Source: Aliivibrio fischeri ES114 (GTDB lineage Bacteria > Pseudomonadota > Gammaproteobacteria > Enterobacterales > Vibrionaceae). Taken from it: a DNA stretch of 32,000 nucleotides. Positions 7,902 through 19,603 of this stretch are shown piece by piece. The translations under genes were made by a program, and so were the position numbers. The notes under the pieces were generated by a model, which was given only the letters and a program-made list of their open reading frames with translations, ran no database searches and was not told the origin of the DNA. The stretch lies in the NCBI RefSeq assembly GCF_000011805.1, contig NC_006840.2; one strand, 5' to 3'. Within the stretch, counting starts at the first letter, position 1, and each line of letters begins with the position of its first letter.

Positions 7902-8192
7902 ATGATGCTACATATACTAACAAGTACCGATAATCTCCAATCACTTCATAATAAAGAATTACCTGTCAATAATGAGAATGACGTCATCATTTTTACGCAA
8001 GACAGTGTATATGCAGCAATTAAAGATCATAAAGATCATTCGTTGATCTTATCATTTAAGCACTGCTATTTTTTACAAGAAGACATCGAAGCAAGAGGGT
8101 TAACTAAACTTATTGATGATAAAATTCAACGAGTTAATTACAGCGCTTTTGTTTCTTTAACCCAAGATCATTTTCCTATAGTGACTTGGTAA
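7902..8192 (+). CDS. tusB: Sulfurtransferase TusB (DsrH family)
   Basis: 96 aa. The ATG follows the tusC TAA directly, and a second in-frame ATG at 7905 is equally possible. The gene sits in the conserved position before rpsL. Confidence 0.8.
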   Translation: MMLHILTSTDNLQSLHNKELPVNNENDVIIFTQDSVYAAIKDHKDHSLILSFKHCYFLQEDIEARGLTKLIDDKIQRVNYSAFVSLTQDHFPIVTW

Positions 8193-8257
8193 GCGTGATC
8201 TATGGTTAAGAAAGGCAAATTATTTTTAAATTGTTTATTAATAGTGCTGTATATTTC

Positions 8258-8286
8258 TTGACACATATCACGTTCAGCCTTAGAAT
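8258..8286 (+). promoter_or_regulatory. str operon sigma70 promoter
   Basis: TTGACA (8258-8263), a 17-nt spacer, then TAGAAT (8281-8286). An AT-rich UP-like tract lies upstream at about 8220-8257. Confidence 0.75.
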
Positions 8287-8340
8287 TTCGCGTCCCTATT
8301 TCTGTAGGGCTAGATTTTTCAAAAGTTTTCGAACCTCTAA

Positions 8341-8730
<390 letters not shown>

Positions 8731-8824
8731 TGGATTCCGTTAAGTAAGGCCAAACACTAAATATTTGTAATTTGAAGAAACTGAAAAGTTTTGGATAACC
8801 TGAAGACAACAACGGAGATATTCC

Positions 8825-9295
8825 ATGCCACGTCGTCGCGTAATTGGTCAGCGTAAGATCCTTCCAGATCCTAAGTTCAAATCTGAGCTGCTGGCAAAAT
8901 TTGTAAACATCGTAATGGTTGACGGTAAGAAATCAACTGCTGAAAAAATCGTTTACGGTGCACTAGATCTTATGGCTGAGAAGTCTGGTAAAGACCACTT
9001 AGCTGTATTTGAAGAAGCTCTTGAAAATGTTCGTCCTGCGGTAGAAGTTAAATCTCGCCGTGTGGGTGGTTCAACTTACCAAGTGCCTGTAGAAGTACGT
9101 CCGGTTCGCCGTAACGCACTTGCTATGCGTTGGATGGTTGAAGCTGCGCGTAAGCGTGGTGAAAAATCTATGGCTCAACGTCTTGCTAACGAAATGTTAG
9201 ACGCGTCTGAGAACAAAGGTACTGCGGTTAAGAAACGTGAAGACGTTCACCGTATGGCTGATGCTAACAAAGCATTCGCTCATTACCGCTGGTAA
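8825..9295 (+). CDS. rpsG: 30S ribosomal protein S7
   Basis: 156 aa. [18 protein letters not shown]...[10 protein letters not shown] is canonical S7. Confidence 0.98.
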   Translation: MPRRRVIGQRKILPDPKFKSELLAKFVNIVMVDGKKSTAEKIVYGALDLMAEKSGKDHLAVFEEALENVRPAVEVKSRRVGGSTYQVPVEVRPVRRNALAMRWMVEAARKRGEKSMAQRLANEMLDASENKGTAVKKREDVHRMADANKAFAHYRW

Positions 9296-9300
9296 TACCG

Positions 9301-9335
9301 AAGGTGCAGCAGTCCTTGCTGCACCTTACTTTTTC
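9301..9335 (+). terminator. Terminator-like hairpin (possible attenuator or RNA-stability element) between rpsG and fusA
   Basis: A perfect 11-bp stem: aaggtgcagca (9301-9311) pairs with tgctgcacctt (9317-9327). The loop is gtcct and ACTTTTT follows. Confidence 0.55.
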
Positions 9336-9426
9336 CCCTATTTAGTAAAACACTTAGTCATTATCGCTATTTCAATGCATAAGCGTTGGGTAATAGCAAT
9401 AATCCCTAAGATAAGAGGATACAACC

Positions 9427-11523
9427 GTGGCTCGAAATACACCTATTGAGCGCTACCGTAATATCGGTATCTGTGCTCACGTAGATGCAGGTAAAACTAC
9501 TACTACTGAGCGTATTCTGTTCTATACTGGCCTTTCTCACAAAATCGGCGAAGTTCACGATGGTGCAGCAACCATGGACTGGATGGAGCAAGAGCAAGAG
9601 CGTGGTATCACAATTACCTCAGCGGCAACTACCACATTCTGGCGTGGTATGGATGCGCAATTCCAAGATCACCGTATTAATATCATCGATACTCCTGGAC
9701 ACGTTGACTTCACAATCGAAGTAGAACGTTCTCTGCGTGTACTTGATGGTGCAGTTGTTGTGTTCTGTGGCTCGTCTGGTGTTGAACCTCAATCTGAAAC
9801 TGTATGGCGTCAAGCTGATAAATACGGTGTTCCACGTATCGTGTTCGTTAACAAAATGGACCGTGCTGGTGCAGATTTCTTACGTGTTGTAGATCAAATT
9901 AAAAATCGTCTTGGTGCTACTCCTGTTCCAATTCAATTAAACATTGGTGCTGAAGAGGACTTTAGTGGTGTTGTTGACCTTATCAAGATGAAACGAATCA
10001 ACTGGAATGAAGCCGACCAAGGCATGACCTTCACATACGAAGAAATTCCAGCTGATATGCAAGAGCTTGCTGAAGAATGGCGTCAAAACCTAGTTGAAGC
10101 AGCGGCAGAAGCGTCTGAAGAGCTGATGGACAAATACCTTGAAGGTGAAGAACTGTCTGAAGCAGAAATCAAAGAAGCACTACGTACTCGTACATTAAAT
10201 AACGAAATCGTACTGGCTACTTGTGGTTCAGCGTTTAAAAACAAAGGTGTTCAAGCTGTACTTGATGCTGTTATCGAATTCTTACCTGCACCAGTTGACG
10301 TTCCTGCGATCAAAGGTGTGGATGAAAATGATAACGAAGTTGAGCGTCATGCAGACGACAACGAACCGTTTGCTGCACTTGCATTTAAAATTGCAACAGA
10401 CCCATTTGTTGGTTCATTGACCTTTATGCGTGTTTACTCTGGTGTGGTTAACACAGGTGACGCAGTATATAACTCAGTGAAACAAAAGCGTGAACGTTTT
10501 GGGCGTATCGTTCAACTTCATGCTAACAAGCGTGAAGAAGTGAAAGAAGTACGTGCTGGTGATATTGCTGCTGCAATCGGCCTTAAAGACGTAACAACAG
10601 GTGATACTCTGTGTGACCAAAACGCAAAAGTAATTCTTGAGCGTATGGAATTCCCAGAACCTGTTATTCAGATCGCTGTAGAACCAAGAACACAAGCTGA
10701 CCAAGAGAAAATGGGTATCGCACTAGGTAAACTAGCGGCAGAAGATCCATCTTTCCGTGTAGAAACTGATGAAGAATCAGGTCAAACACTGATTTCTGGC
10801 ATGGGTGAGCTACACTTAGATATTATCGTTGATCGTATGAAGCGTGAGTTCAGTGTTGAATGTAACGTTGGTAAGCCTCAAGTGGCATACCGTGAAACTA
10901 TCCGTGGTACTACGGAAGTTGAAGGTAAATTCGTACGTCAATCTGGTGGTCGCGGTCAATACGGTCACGTATGGCTGAAAATCGAACCATCAGAACCAGA
11001 TGCTGGTTTCGTTTTTGTTGACGAAATTGTAGGTGGTGCTGTTCCTCGTGAATACATCAGCTCAGTAGCTAAAGGTATCGAAGAGCAAATGCATAACGGC
11101 GTGTTAGCAGGTTATCCTGTACTTGACGTTAAAGCTACGCTATTTGATGGCTCATACCTCGATGTTGACTCCAGTGAAATGGCGTTCAAGATCGCGGGTT
11201 CAATGGCATTCAAGAAAGGTGCACTAGAAGCGCAACCTGTTATTCTTGAACCAATGATGAAAGTTGAAGTAACCACTCCAGAAGACTGGATGGGTGATGT
11301 TGTTGGTGACTTAAACCGTCGTCGCGGCATGATTGAAGGTATGGACGATGGTGTTGCTGGATTGAAAATTATCCGTGCACAAGTTCCGCTTTCAGAAATG
11401 TTTGGTTATGCAACATCTTTGCGTTCTGCGACTCAAGGTCGTGCGTCTTATTCTATGGAATTCGCCGAATATGGTGAAGTTTCTAAGAATATTGCCGACA
11501 GAATCATCGCTGAGCGTGGATAA
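9427..11523 (+). CDS. fusA: Translation elongation factor G
   Basis: 698 aa with a GTG start. G-domain motifs are [17 protein letters not shown] and NKMD. The sequence is collinear with E. coli EF-G. Confidence 0.98.
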   Translation: MARNTPIERYRNIGICAHVDAGKTTTTERILFYTGLSHKIGEVHDGAATMDWMEQEQERGITITSAATTTFWRGMDAQFQDHRINIIDTPGHVDFTIEVERSLRVLDGAVVVFCGSSGVEPQSETVWRQADKYGVPRIVFVNKMDRAGADFLRVVDQIKNRLGATPVPIQLNIGAEEDFSGVVDLIKMKRINWNEADQGMTFTYEEIPADMQELAEEWRQNLVEAAAEASEELMDKYLEGEELSEAEIKEALRTRTLNNEIVLATCGSAFKNKGVQAVLDAVIEFLPAPVDVPAIKGVDENDNEVERHADDNEPFAALAFKIATDPFVGSLTFMRVYSGVVNTGDAVYNSVKQKRERFGRIVQLHANKREEVKEVRAGDIAAAIGLKDVTTGDTLCDQNAKVILERMEFPEPVIQIAVEPRTQADQEKMGIALGKLAAEDPSFRVETDEESGQTLISGMGELHLDIIVDRMKREFSVECNVGKPQVAYRETIRGTTEVEGKFVRQSGGRGQYGHVWLKIEPSEPDAGFVFVDEIVGGAVPREYISSVAKGIEEQMHNGVLAGYPVLDVKATLFDGSYLDVDSSEMAFKIAGSMAFKKGALEAQPVILEPMMKVEVTTPEDWMGDVVGDLNRRRGMIEGMDDGVAGLKIIRAQVPLSEMFGYATSLRSATQGRASYSMEFAEYGEVSKNIADRIIAERG

Positions 11524-11537
11524 TATACTCAATACCC

Positions 11538-11566
11538 TTGCGTCAAGAGCAATTGACGCATAAAAT
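11538..11566 (+). promoter_or_regulatory. Candidate tufA-proximal promoter (weak call)
   Basis: TTGCGT (11538-11543), a 17-nt spacer, then TAAAAT (11561-11566). It overlaps hairpin 11539-11560. Confidence 0.3.
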
Positions 11567-11631
11567 AGCAAATTCTGGCGCGCCTTATCACTGTTCGATA
11601 AGGCGAATCATAACTAGGAAGGAACACGATC

Positions 11632-12816
11632 GTGTCTAAAGAAAAATTTGAACGTACGAAACCGCACGTAAACGTTGGTACTATCGGCCACGTTGACCAC
11701 GGTAAAACAACTCTAACAGCTGCTATCTGTACTACACTTGCAAAAATCTACGGCGGTGTAGCTAAAGATTTCGCATCAATCGATAACGCTCCTGAAGAGC
11801 GCGAGCGTGGTATCACAATCTCAACTTCTCACGTTGAGTACGATACTCCTGCACGTCACTACGCACACGTTGACTGTCCTGGACACGCCGATTATGTTAA
11901 AAACATGATCACTGGTGCTGCTCAAATGGATGGTGGTATCCTAGTTGTTGCTGCAACAGATGGTCCAATGCCACAAACTCGTGAGCACATCCTACTTGGT
12001 CGTCAAGTTGGTATCCCTTACATCATCGTATTCATGAACAAATGTGACATGGTTGATGATGAAGAGCTTCTAGAACTAGTTGAAATGGAAGTTCGTGAAC
12101 TTCTTTCTGAGTACGACTTCCCAGGTGATGATCTACCAGTAATTCAAGGTTCAGCTCTTGGCGCTCTAAACGGCGAAAAAGAGTGGGAAGACAAGATCGT
12201 TGAGCTTGCAGAAGCACTAGATTCTTACATCCCAGAACCAGAGCGTGCTGTTGACCAACCGTTCCTACTACCAATTGAAGATGTATTCTCAATCCAAGGT
12301 CGTGGTACAGTTGTAACTGGTCGTATCGAGCGTGGTATCCTACGCGTAGGTGACGAAGTAGAAATCGTTGGTATCAAAGAAACAACAATGACTACTTGTA
12401 CAGGTGTTGAAATGTTCCGTAAACTGCTTGACGAAGGTCGTGCAGGTGAGAACGTTGGTGCACTACTACGTGGTACTAAGCGTGATGACGTTGAACGTGG
12501 CCAAGTACTTGCTGCTAAAGGTTCAATCAACCCACACACTAAATTTGAGTCAGAAGTGTACGTTCTTTCTAAAGATGAAGGCGGCCGTCACACTCCTTTC
12601 TTCAAAGGTTACCGTCCACAGTTCTACTTCCGTACAACTGACGTAACAGGCGACATCACTCTACCAGAAGGCGTAGAAATGGTAATGCCAGGTGACAACG
12701 TTCAAATGACGGTTGAGCTAATCGCTCCAATCGCAATGGACGAAGGTCTACGCTTCGCGATCCGTGAAGGTGGCCGTACAGTTGGTGCTGGTGTTGTTGC
12801 TAAAATCTTCGCTTAA
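11632..12816 (+). CDS. tufA: Translation elongation factor Tu
   Basis: 394 aa with a GTG start. Motifs [17 protein letters not shown] and NKCD are present. The protein is near-identical to enterobacterial and vibrio EF-Tu. Confidence 0.98.
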   Translation: MSKEKFERTKPHVNVGTIGHVDHGKTTLTAAICTTLAKIYGGVAKDFASIDNAPEERERGITISTSHVEYDTPARHYAHVDCPGHADYVKNMITGAAQMDGGILVVAATDGPMPQTREHILLGRQVGIPYIIVFMNKCDMVDDEELLELVEMEVRELLSEYDFPGDDLPVIQGSALGALNGEKEWEDKIVELAEALDSYIPEPERAVDQPFLLPIEDVFSIQGRGTVVTGRIERGILRVGDEVEIVGIKETTMTTCTGVEMFRKLLDEGRAGENVGALLRGTKRDDVERGQVLAAKGSINPHTKFESEVYVLSKDEGGRHTPFFKGYRPQFYFRTTDVTGDITLPEGVEMVMPGDNVQMTVELIAPIAMDEGLRFAIREGGRTVGAGVVAKIFA

Positions 12817-12848
12817 TAGCTAAAGATTTTGCGATATACCGCATGACT

Positions 12849-12878
12849 AAAAAAGGAAGCTTCGGCTTCCTTTTTTGT
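12849..12878 (+). terminator. Intrinsic terminator of the str operon
   Basis: aaaaaaggaagc-ttcg-gcttcctttttt: a GC stem at 12855-12860 / 12865-12870, then T6. Confidence 0.85.
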
Positions 12879-12925
12879 TGCTTGTAAGAAAATATAATTT
12901 TTTTCGTTTGTTTTTCAAACAATGC

Positions 12926-12953
12926 TTGCAACTAAAAGTGTGATCTGTATAAT
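12926..12953 (+). promoter_or_regulatory. S10 operon sigma70 promoter
   Basis: TTGCAA (12926-12931), a 16-nt spacer, then TATAAT (12948-12953). An AT-rich UP-like tract lies upstream. Confidence 0.65.
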
Positions 12954-12959
12954 GCATCG

Positions 12960-13540
<581 letters not shown>

Positions 13541-13552
13541 GGGGAGATTATT

Positions 13553-14182
13553 ATGATTGGTCTAGTCGGTCGTAAAGTGGGCATGACCCGCATCTTTACC
13601 GAAGAAGGCGTTTCTATCCCAGTAACTGTTGTTGAAGTTGAAGCTAACCGTGTTTCTCAAGTGAAAACTGTTGAAACTGATGGCTACAATGCAATCCAAG
13701 TTACTTGTGGTTCTAAGAAAGCTAACCGCGTATCTAAACCTGAAGCTGGTCACTTTGCGAAAGCAGGTGTTGAAGCAGGTCGTGGTCTTTGGGAATTCCG
13801 TTTAGAAAACGGTGAAGAATTCGCAGTAGGCGCTGAGCTAACTGTTGAAGTTTTCAACGAAATCAAAAAAGTAGACGTTACTGGTACATCTAAAGGTAAG
13901 GGCTTCCAAGGCGCTGTTAAGCGTTGGAACTTCCGTACTCAAGATATGACTCACGGTAACTCTTTGTCTCACCGTGCACCGGGTTCAATTGGCCAATGTC
14001 AAACTCCAGGTCGCGTATTCAAAGGCAAAAAAATGGCAGGTCACATGGGTGCTGAGCGTGTTACGACTCAAAACCTAGAGATCGTACGTGTTGACGCTGA
14101 GCGCAATCTGCTTCTTATTAAAGGTGCAGTACCAGGCTCAACAGGTGGCAACGTGATCGTTAAACCAGCTGTTAAAGCATAA
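13553..14182 (+). CDS. rplC: 50S ribosomal protein L3
   Basis: 209 aa, [19 protein letters not shown]..., canonical L3. Confidence 0.98.
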   Translation: MIGLVGRKVGMTRIFTEEGVSIPVTVVEVEANRVSQVKTVETDGYNAIQVTCGSKKANRVSKPEAGHFAKAGVEAGRGLWEFRLENGEEFAVGAELTVEVFNEIKKVDVTGTSKGKGFQGAVKRWNFRTQDMTHGNSLSHRAPGSIGQCQTPGRVFKGKKMAGHMGAERVTTQNLEIVRVDAERNLLLIKGAVPGSTGGNVIVKPAVKA

Positions 14183-14199
14183 CGTCTTAGGAGTAAGTA

Positions 14200-14802
14200 A
14201 TGGAATTAATGGTTAAAGGTGCTGATGCACTAACTGTTTCCGAAACTACTTTCGGACGTGAGTTTAACGAAGCTCTTGTACACCAAGTAGTTGTTGCATA
14301 TGCAGCAGGTGCTCGTCAAGGCACTCGTGCTCAAAAAACACGTTCAGAAGTATCTGGCGGTGGCGCTAAGCCATGGCGTCAAAAAGGTACAGGCCGAGCT
14401 CGTGCGGGTACTATTCGTAGCCCAATCTGGCGTACAGGTGGTGTTACTTTTGCTGCGAAACCACAAGATCACAGCCAAAAAGTAAACAAAAAAATGTACC
14501 GTGGTGCTCTTAAGAGCATTCTTTCTGAGTTAGTTCGTCAAGATCGTCTGATCGTTGTAGACAACTTCTCAGTTGAAGCACCAAAAACTAAAGAGCTAGT
14601 TGCTAAGCTTAAAGAGCTTGAGCTTAACGATGTTCTTATCGTAACTGGCGAAGTAGACGAGAATCTATTCTTAGCTGCTCGTAACCTATACAAAGTTGAC
14701 GCACGTGACGTTGCTGGTATTGACCCAGTATCTCTAGTTGCATTCGACAAGGTTCTAATGACTGCAGCTGCAGTTAAGCAAGTTGAGGAGATGCTGGCAT
14801 GA
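14200..14802 (+). CDS. rplD: 50S ribosomal protein L4
   Basis: 200 aa with the ...[14 protein letters not shown]... motif. Confidence 0.98.
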
Positions 14803-15101
14803 TCAATGAAGAGCGTCTACTAAAAGTTCTACGTGGCCCACTAATCTCTGAAAAAGCAACAATGGCTGCTGAAGGCAATAACACTATTGTTTTCAAAGTA
14901 GCAATTAATGCAACTAAAAAAGAGATTAAAGCAGCTGTAGAAAAGTTGTTTGAAGTTGAAGTTAAGTCTGTAAATACTCTTATCACTAAGGGTAAAACTA
15001 AACGTCAAGGTTTACGCCAAGGCCGTCGTTCTGACGTGAAAAAAGCGTACGTAATCTTGAAAGAAGGTCAAGACTTAGACTTCGTTGGCGGCGCGGAATA
15101 A
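14799..15101 (+). CDS. rplW: 50S ribosomal protein L23
   Basis: 100 aa. ATGA overlap with the rplD stop. [21 protein letters not shown]... Confidence 0.98.
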
Positions 15102-15116
15102 CAGGAGTAGTTAAAA

Positions 15117-15941
15117 ATGGCTATTGTTAAATGTAAGCCGACTTCCCCTGGTCGTCGTCACGTTGTTAAAATCGTTAACGCTGACCTACACAAGGGTAAA
15201 CCATACGCACCACTTCTAGAGAAAAACTCTAAGAACGGTGGTCGTAACAATAACGGTCGTATCACAGTACGTCACGTTGGTGGTGGTCACAAGCAACACT
15301 ACCGTCTAATTGACTTTAAACGTACAAAAGATGGCATTCCAGCTGTTGTTGAACGTTTAGAATACGATCCAAACCGTAGTGCAAACATTGCACTAGTTCT
15401 GTTCGCAGACGGTGAGCGTCGTTACATTATCGCACCAAAAGGCATTCAAGCTGGCGATACAGTACAATCAGGTGTTGATGCGCCAATCAAAGCAGGTAAC
15501 TGCCTACCATTGCGTAACATCCCAGTAGGTTCTACTGTTCACTGTGTTGAATTAAAACCTGGTAAGGGCGCGCAAATTGCTCGTTCTGCTGGTGCTTATG
15601 CACAGATCATTGCACGTGATGGCGCTTACGTTACATTACGTCTACGTTCTGGTGAGATGCGTAAAGTTCTTTCTGAAGGTCGTGCGACTATCGGTGAAGT
15701 TGGTAACTCTGAACACATGCTACGTGAGCTAGGTAAAGCTGGTGCTACACGCTGGCGCGGTGTTCGTCCAACAGTTCGCGGTGTTGCAATGAACCCAGTT
15801 GATCACCCACACGGTGGTGGTGAAGGTCGTACATCAGGCGGTCGTCACCCAGTATCACCATGGGGTATGCCAACTAAAGGCTTCAAGACTCGTAAGAACA
15901 AATCTACTGACAAGTACATTGTACGTCGTCGTAACAAATAA
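15117..15941 (+). CDS. rplB: 50S ribosomal protein L2
   Basis: 274 aa, [15 protein letters not shown]...[13 protein letters not shown]... Confidence 0.98.
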   Translation: MAIVKCKPTSPGRRHVVKIVNADLHKGKPYAPLLEKNSKNGGRNNNGRITVRHVGGGHKQHYRLIDFKRTKDGIPAVVERLEYDPNRSANIALVLFADGERRYIIAPKGIQAGDTVQSGVDAPIKAGNCLPLRNIPVGSTVHCVELKPGKGAQIARSAGAYAQIIARDGAYVTLRLRSGEMRKVLSEGRATIGEVGNSEHMLRELGKAGATRWRGVRPTVRGVAMNPVDHPHGGGEGRTSGGRHPVSPWGMPTKGFKTRKNKSTDKYIVRRRNK

Positions 15942-15960
15942 TCTATAAAGAGGAATCGCC

Positions 15961-16239
15961 ATGCCACGTTCTCTCAAGAAAGGTCCTTTTATTGACCTAC
16001 ACTTGCTGAAGAAGGTAGAGAAAGCGGTGGAAAGCGGAGACAAAAAGCCTGTTAAGACTTGGTCCCGTCGTTCAATGATCATTCCAACAATGATCAACTT
16101 GACCATCGCTGTCCATAATGGTCGCCAACATGTACCAGTTTTCGTAACAGAAGACATGATCGGTCACAAGTTGGGCGAATTTGCACCTACACGTACTTAT
16201 CGCGGCCACGCTGCTGATAAGAAAGCGAAAAAGCGTTAA
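15961..16239 (+). CDS. rpsS: 30S ribosomal protein S19
   Basis: 92 aa, [20 protein letters not shown]... Confidence 0.98.
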   Translation: MPRSLKKGPFIDLHLLKKVEKAVESGDKKPVKTWSRRSMIIPTMINLTIAVHNGRQHVPVFVTEDMIGHKLGEFAPTRTYRGHAADKKAKKR

Positions 16240-16249
16240 GAGGTAGAAT

Positions 16250-16582
16250 ATGGAAGCTATTGCTAAACATCGTTTTGCCGGTATTTCACCACAGAAAGCT
16301 CGCCTAGTTGCGGACCAAGTACGTGGTAAATCTGTAGACCAAGCTCTAGAAATCCTAACTTTCAGCAACAAAAAAGCTGCTGTATTAGTGAAGAAAGTTC
16401 TTGAGTCTGCAATCGCAAACGCTGAACACAACGAAGGTGCAGATATCGACGATCTAAATGTCGCTAAAATCTTCGTAGATGAAGGCCCTATCATGAAGCG
16501 TATTATGCCTCGTGCTAAAGGTCGTGCAGATCGCATCTTGAAGCGTTCAAGCCACATCACTATCGTTGTAGCTGATCGTTAA
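16250..16582 (+). CDS. rplV: 50S ribosomal protein L22
   Basis: 110 aa, ...[22 protein letters not shown]... Confidence 0.98.
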   Translation: MEAIAKHRFAGISPQKARLVADQVRGKSVDQALEILTFSNKKAAVLVKKVLESAIANAEHNEGADIDDLNVAKIFVDEGPIMKRIMPRAKGRADRILKRSSHITIVVADR

Positions 16583-16601
16583 AGACTAGGAGATTAAGCA
16601 A

Positions 16602-17300
16602 ATGGGTCAAAAAGTACATCCTAATGGTATTCGTCTTGGCATCGTTAAGCCTTGGAATGCTACATGGTTTGCTAGTAGCCAAGAGTTCGCTGACAACCTA
16701 GACGGCGACTTCAAGGTACGTCAGTATCTTACTAAAGAACTGAAAAAAGCATCTCTATCACGCATCGTTATCGAGCGTCCTGCTAAGAGCATCCGTGTGA
16801 CTATTCACACTGCTCGTCCAGGCGTTGTAATCGGTAAGAAAGGTGAAGACGTAGAGAAACTACGCGCAGGCGTAGCAAAAATCGCAGGTGTTCCAGCGCA
16901 AATTAACATTGCTGAAGTACGTAAACCTGAGCTTGACGGTCAGCTAGTTGCTGATAGCATCGCGTCTCAACTTGAGCGTCGTGTTATGTTCCGTCGTGCT
17001 ATGAAGCGTGCTGTACAAAATGCAATGCGTCTTGGCGCTAAAGGCATCAAAGTGGAAGTAAGCGGTCGTCTAGGCGGCGCTGAAATTGCACGTTCTGAGT
17101 GGTACCGTGAAGGTCGTGTGCCTCTACATACTCTACGTGCTGACATTGATTACGCAACTTCTTCGGCTCACACTCAATACGGTGTGATCGGCGTTAAAGT
17201 TTGGATCTTCAAAGGTGAAGTTCTAGGCGGTATGCCAGCTGCTAATGCAGTAGAGCCTAAGGCTGACAAGCCTAAGAAGCAGCGCAGAAGCCGTAAGTAA
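16602..17300 (+). CDS. rpsC: 30S ribosomal protein S3
   Basis: 232 aa, [24 protein letters not shown]... Confidence 0.98.
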
Positions 17301-17311
17301 GGAGCCGACTG

Positions 17312-17722
17312 ATGCTACAACCAAAACGTACTAAGTTCCGTAAGGTTATGACTGGTCGTAACCGTGGTCTTGCTAAAGGTACTGAAGTAAGCTTCGGCGA
17401 CTTCGGTCTTAAAGCTGTAGGCCGTGGTCGTCTAACTGCTCGTCAGATTGAAGCGGCTCGTCGTGCTATGACGCGTCACATTAAGCGTCAAGGTCAAATC
17501 TGGATCCGTGTGTTCCCAGACAAACCTATCACAGAAAAACCGCTTGAAGTTCGTCAAGGTAAGGGTAAAGGTAACGTTGAGTACTGGGTAGCCCAAATCC
17601 AACCTGGAAAGGTTATGTACGAAATGAACGGCGTACCTGAAGAGTTGGCACGTGAAGCGTTCCGCCTAGCGGCACGTAAACTGCCTATCAAAACTACTTT
17701 TGTAACTAAGCAGGTGATGTGA
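17312..17722 (+). CDS. rplP: 50S ribosomal protein L16
   Basis: 136 aa, [11 protein letters not shown]... Confidence 0.98.
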   Translation: MLQPKRTKFRKVMTGRNRGLAKGTEVSFGDFGLKAVGRGRLTARQIEAARRAMTRHIKRQGQIWIRVFPDKPITEKPLEVRQGKGKGNVEYWVAQIQPGKVMYEMNGVPEELAREAFRLAARKLPIKTTFVTKQVM

Positions 17723-17913
17723 TGAAAGCACAAGATCTACGCGAGAAAAACGTTGAAGAGCTAAATGAAGAGCTTCTGAATTTGCTACGTGAACAGTTCA
17801 ACTTGCGCATGCAAGCTGCGACTGGTCAACTACAGCAAACTCACACTCTGAAAGCTGTACGTCGTGATATCGCACGTGTTAAAACTTTACTGAATGAGAA
17901 GGCTGGCGCATAA
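17722..17913 (+). CDS. rpmC: 50S ribosomal protein L29
   Basis: 63 aa from ATG 17722 ([15 protein letters not shown]...), which overlaps the rplP TGA by 1 nt. The ORF track starts one codon earlier, at GTG 17719. Confidence 0.97.
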   Translation: MKAQDLREKNVEELNEELLNLLREQFNLRMQAATGQLQQTHTLKAVRRDIARVKTLLNEKAGA

Positions 17914-18167
17914 TGAGCGAGAAAATTCGTACTATGCAAGGTCGTGTAATTAGCGACAAAATGGACAAGTCTATTGTTGTTGCTATTGAACGCATGGTGA
18001 AACACCCGATCTACGGTAAATACATCAAGCGCACGACTAAGCTTCACGCACATGATGAAAACAACGAATGTGGCCTAGGCGACACAGTTGAGATTCGTGA
18101 ATGTCGTCCACTATCTAAGACTAAGTCTTGGACATTGGTAAACATTGTAGAAAAAGCAAAAGCTTAA
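17913..18167 (+). CDS. rpsQ: 30S ribosomal protein S17
   Basis: 84 aa. TAATG overlap with rpmC. ...[24 protein letters not shown]... Confidence 0.98.
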   Translation: MSEKIRTMQGRVISDKMDKSIVVAIERMVKHPIYGKYIKRTTKLHAHDENNECGLGDTVEIRECRPLSKTKSWTLVNIVEKAKA

Positions 18168-18190
18168 TTTGTTGATTCTATAGCGACTTT

Positions 18191-18228
18191 AAGCGGCTCC
18201 GAATTTTTTTTGGGGCCGTTTATTTTTT
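18191..18228 (+). terminator. Intrinsic terminator of the S10 operon
   Basis: Stem aagcggctcc (18191-18200) pairs with ggggccgttt (18212-18221), including two G-U pairs, then ATTTTTT. Confidence 0.7.
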
Positions 18229-18260
18229 GACTACCTTTATTTAAAAAATGGTGATACAAT
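18227..18260 (+). promoter_or_regulatory. Candidate spc operon promoter (extended -10)
   Basis: TGaTACAAT at 18252-18260. A TTGACT hexamer at 18227-18232 lies 22 nt upstream, which is non-optimal spacing, so the -35 assignment is uncertain. Confidence 0.45.
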
Positions 18261-18331
18261 CCCCATCCCTTTTAAAGAGGCAGCCCGACCCGTGATGGGT
18301 CTAGTTTTAAATATTTAGCGGAGCACTAACA

Positions 18332-18703
18332 ATGATCCAAATGCAAAGTACACTTGACGCTGCAGATAACTCTGGTGCGCGCAAGGTAATGTGTATTAAG
18401 GTTCTGGGTGGCTCTCACCGCCGTTATGCACATATCGGAGATATCATCAAAGTTACTGTTAAGGAAGCAATTCCTCGCGGTAAAGTTAAAAAAGGTGATG
18501 TTCTGAAGGCGGTAGTAGTGCGCACCCGTAAAGGCGTTCGTCGCCCAGACGGTTCTATCATTCGCTTCGACCGTAATGCTTGCGTATTGTTGAATGACAC
18601 TACTGAGCAACCAGTCGGTACACGTATCTTTGGTCCAGTGACTCGTGAACTTCGTAACGCGAAATTCATGAAAATCGTTTCACTAGCACCAGAAGTTCTG
18701 TAA
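18332..18703 (+). CDS. rplN: 50S ribosomal protein L14
   Basis: 123 aa, [27 protein letters not shown]... Confidence 0.98.
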   Translation: MIQMQSTLDAADNSGARKVMCIKVLGGSHRRYAHIGDIIKVTVKEAIPRGKVKKGDVLKAVVVRTRKGVRRPDGSIIRFDRNACVLLNDTTEQPVGTRIFGPVTRELRNAKFMKIVSLAPEVL

Positions 18704-18716
18704 GGAGCGGCACAAA

Positions 18717-19031
18717 ATGGCAGCTAAAATCCGTCGTAATGACGAAGTAATCGTTCTTGTCGGTAAAGATAAAGGCAAGAAAGGTAAAGTAACTAAGGTT
18801 CTTGAAACTGGTAAAGTTATCGTTGAAGGTATCAACCTTGTTAAAAAACACCAAAAGCCTGTTCCGGCTCTTGGTCAACAAGGCGGTATTGTTGAGAAAG
18901 AAGCAGCTATTGATGCTTCTAACATCGCAATCTACAACGAAGCAACTGGTAAAGCGGACCGTATCGGTTTCCGTTTTGAAGAAGGCAAAAAAGTGCGTTT
19001 CTTCAAATCTAACGGTGAAACAATTAAGTAA
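18717..19031 (+). CDS. rplX: 50S ribosomal protein L24
   Basis: 104 aa, [25 protein letters not shown]... Confidence 0.98.
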
Positions 19032-19045
19032 TTTGGAGTTCTACT

Positions 19046-19582
19046 ATGGCGAAACTGCATGATTACTACAAGTCGTCTGTAGTCGCTGAGCTTACCAAAG
19101 AGTTCAGCTACACAAGCGTCATGCAAGTCCCTAGGGTTGAAAAGATCACCCTAAACATGGGTGTTGGTGAAGCAATCAACGATAAGAAACTACTAGAAAA
19201 CGCTGCTGCCGATATGGCAATTATCTCTGGTCAAAAACCATTGATTACTAAAGCACGTAAATCTGTAGCTGGTTTCAAAATCCGTGAAGGCTACCCAATC
19301 GGTTGTAAAGTAACCCTGCGTGGCGAACGTATGTGGGAATTCTTAGAGCGTTTAATCTCTATTGCACTTCCACGAGTACGTGATTTCCGTGGCGTTAGCG
19401 CGAAGTCTTTTGACGGTCGCGGTAACTACAGCATGGGCGTTCGCGAGCAAATCATCTTCCCTGAGATCGACTATGATAAAGTTGATCGTGTACGCGGTCT
19501 TGATATTACTATCACGACGTCTGCGAATACAGATGCGGAAGGCCGAGCTCTGCTGGCTGCCTTTAACTTCCCAATTCCGTAA
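19046..19582 (+). CDS. rplE: 50S ribosomal protein L5 (C-terminus altered by an apparent 1-nt insertion)
   Basis: 178 aa, [20 protein letters not shown]...[20 protein letters not shown]... The protein ends ...AAFNFPIP*, where E. coli has ...FPFRK*. Confidence 0.97.
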
Positions 19583-19603
19583 GTAAGGGGAAGGGTTACT
19601 GTT

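Noticed and set aside
9237-9449. 70-aa ORF bridging the rpsG end and the fusA start
   Set aside because: It overlaps both genes out of frame and runs straight through the 11-bp hairpin. It has no SD and its composition is unremarkable, so the hairpin is the better explanation for this spacer.
16072-16560. 162-aa ORF antisense to rpsS/rplV, and similar antisense ORFs (for example 12225-12539 and 12032-12292 opposite tufA, 15855-16157, 18326-18669, 24514-24732 and 25130-25411)
   Set aside because: They lie entirely opposite highly expressed genes whose codon bias suppresses stop codons on the antisense strand. Their translations are low-complexity (Ser/Arg/Thr/Pro-rich), and they lack SD sequences and plausible promoters.
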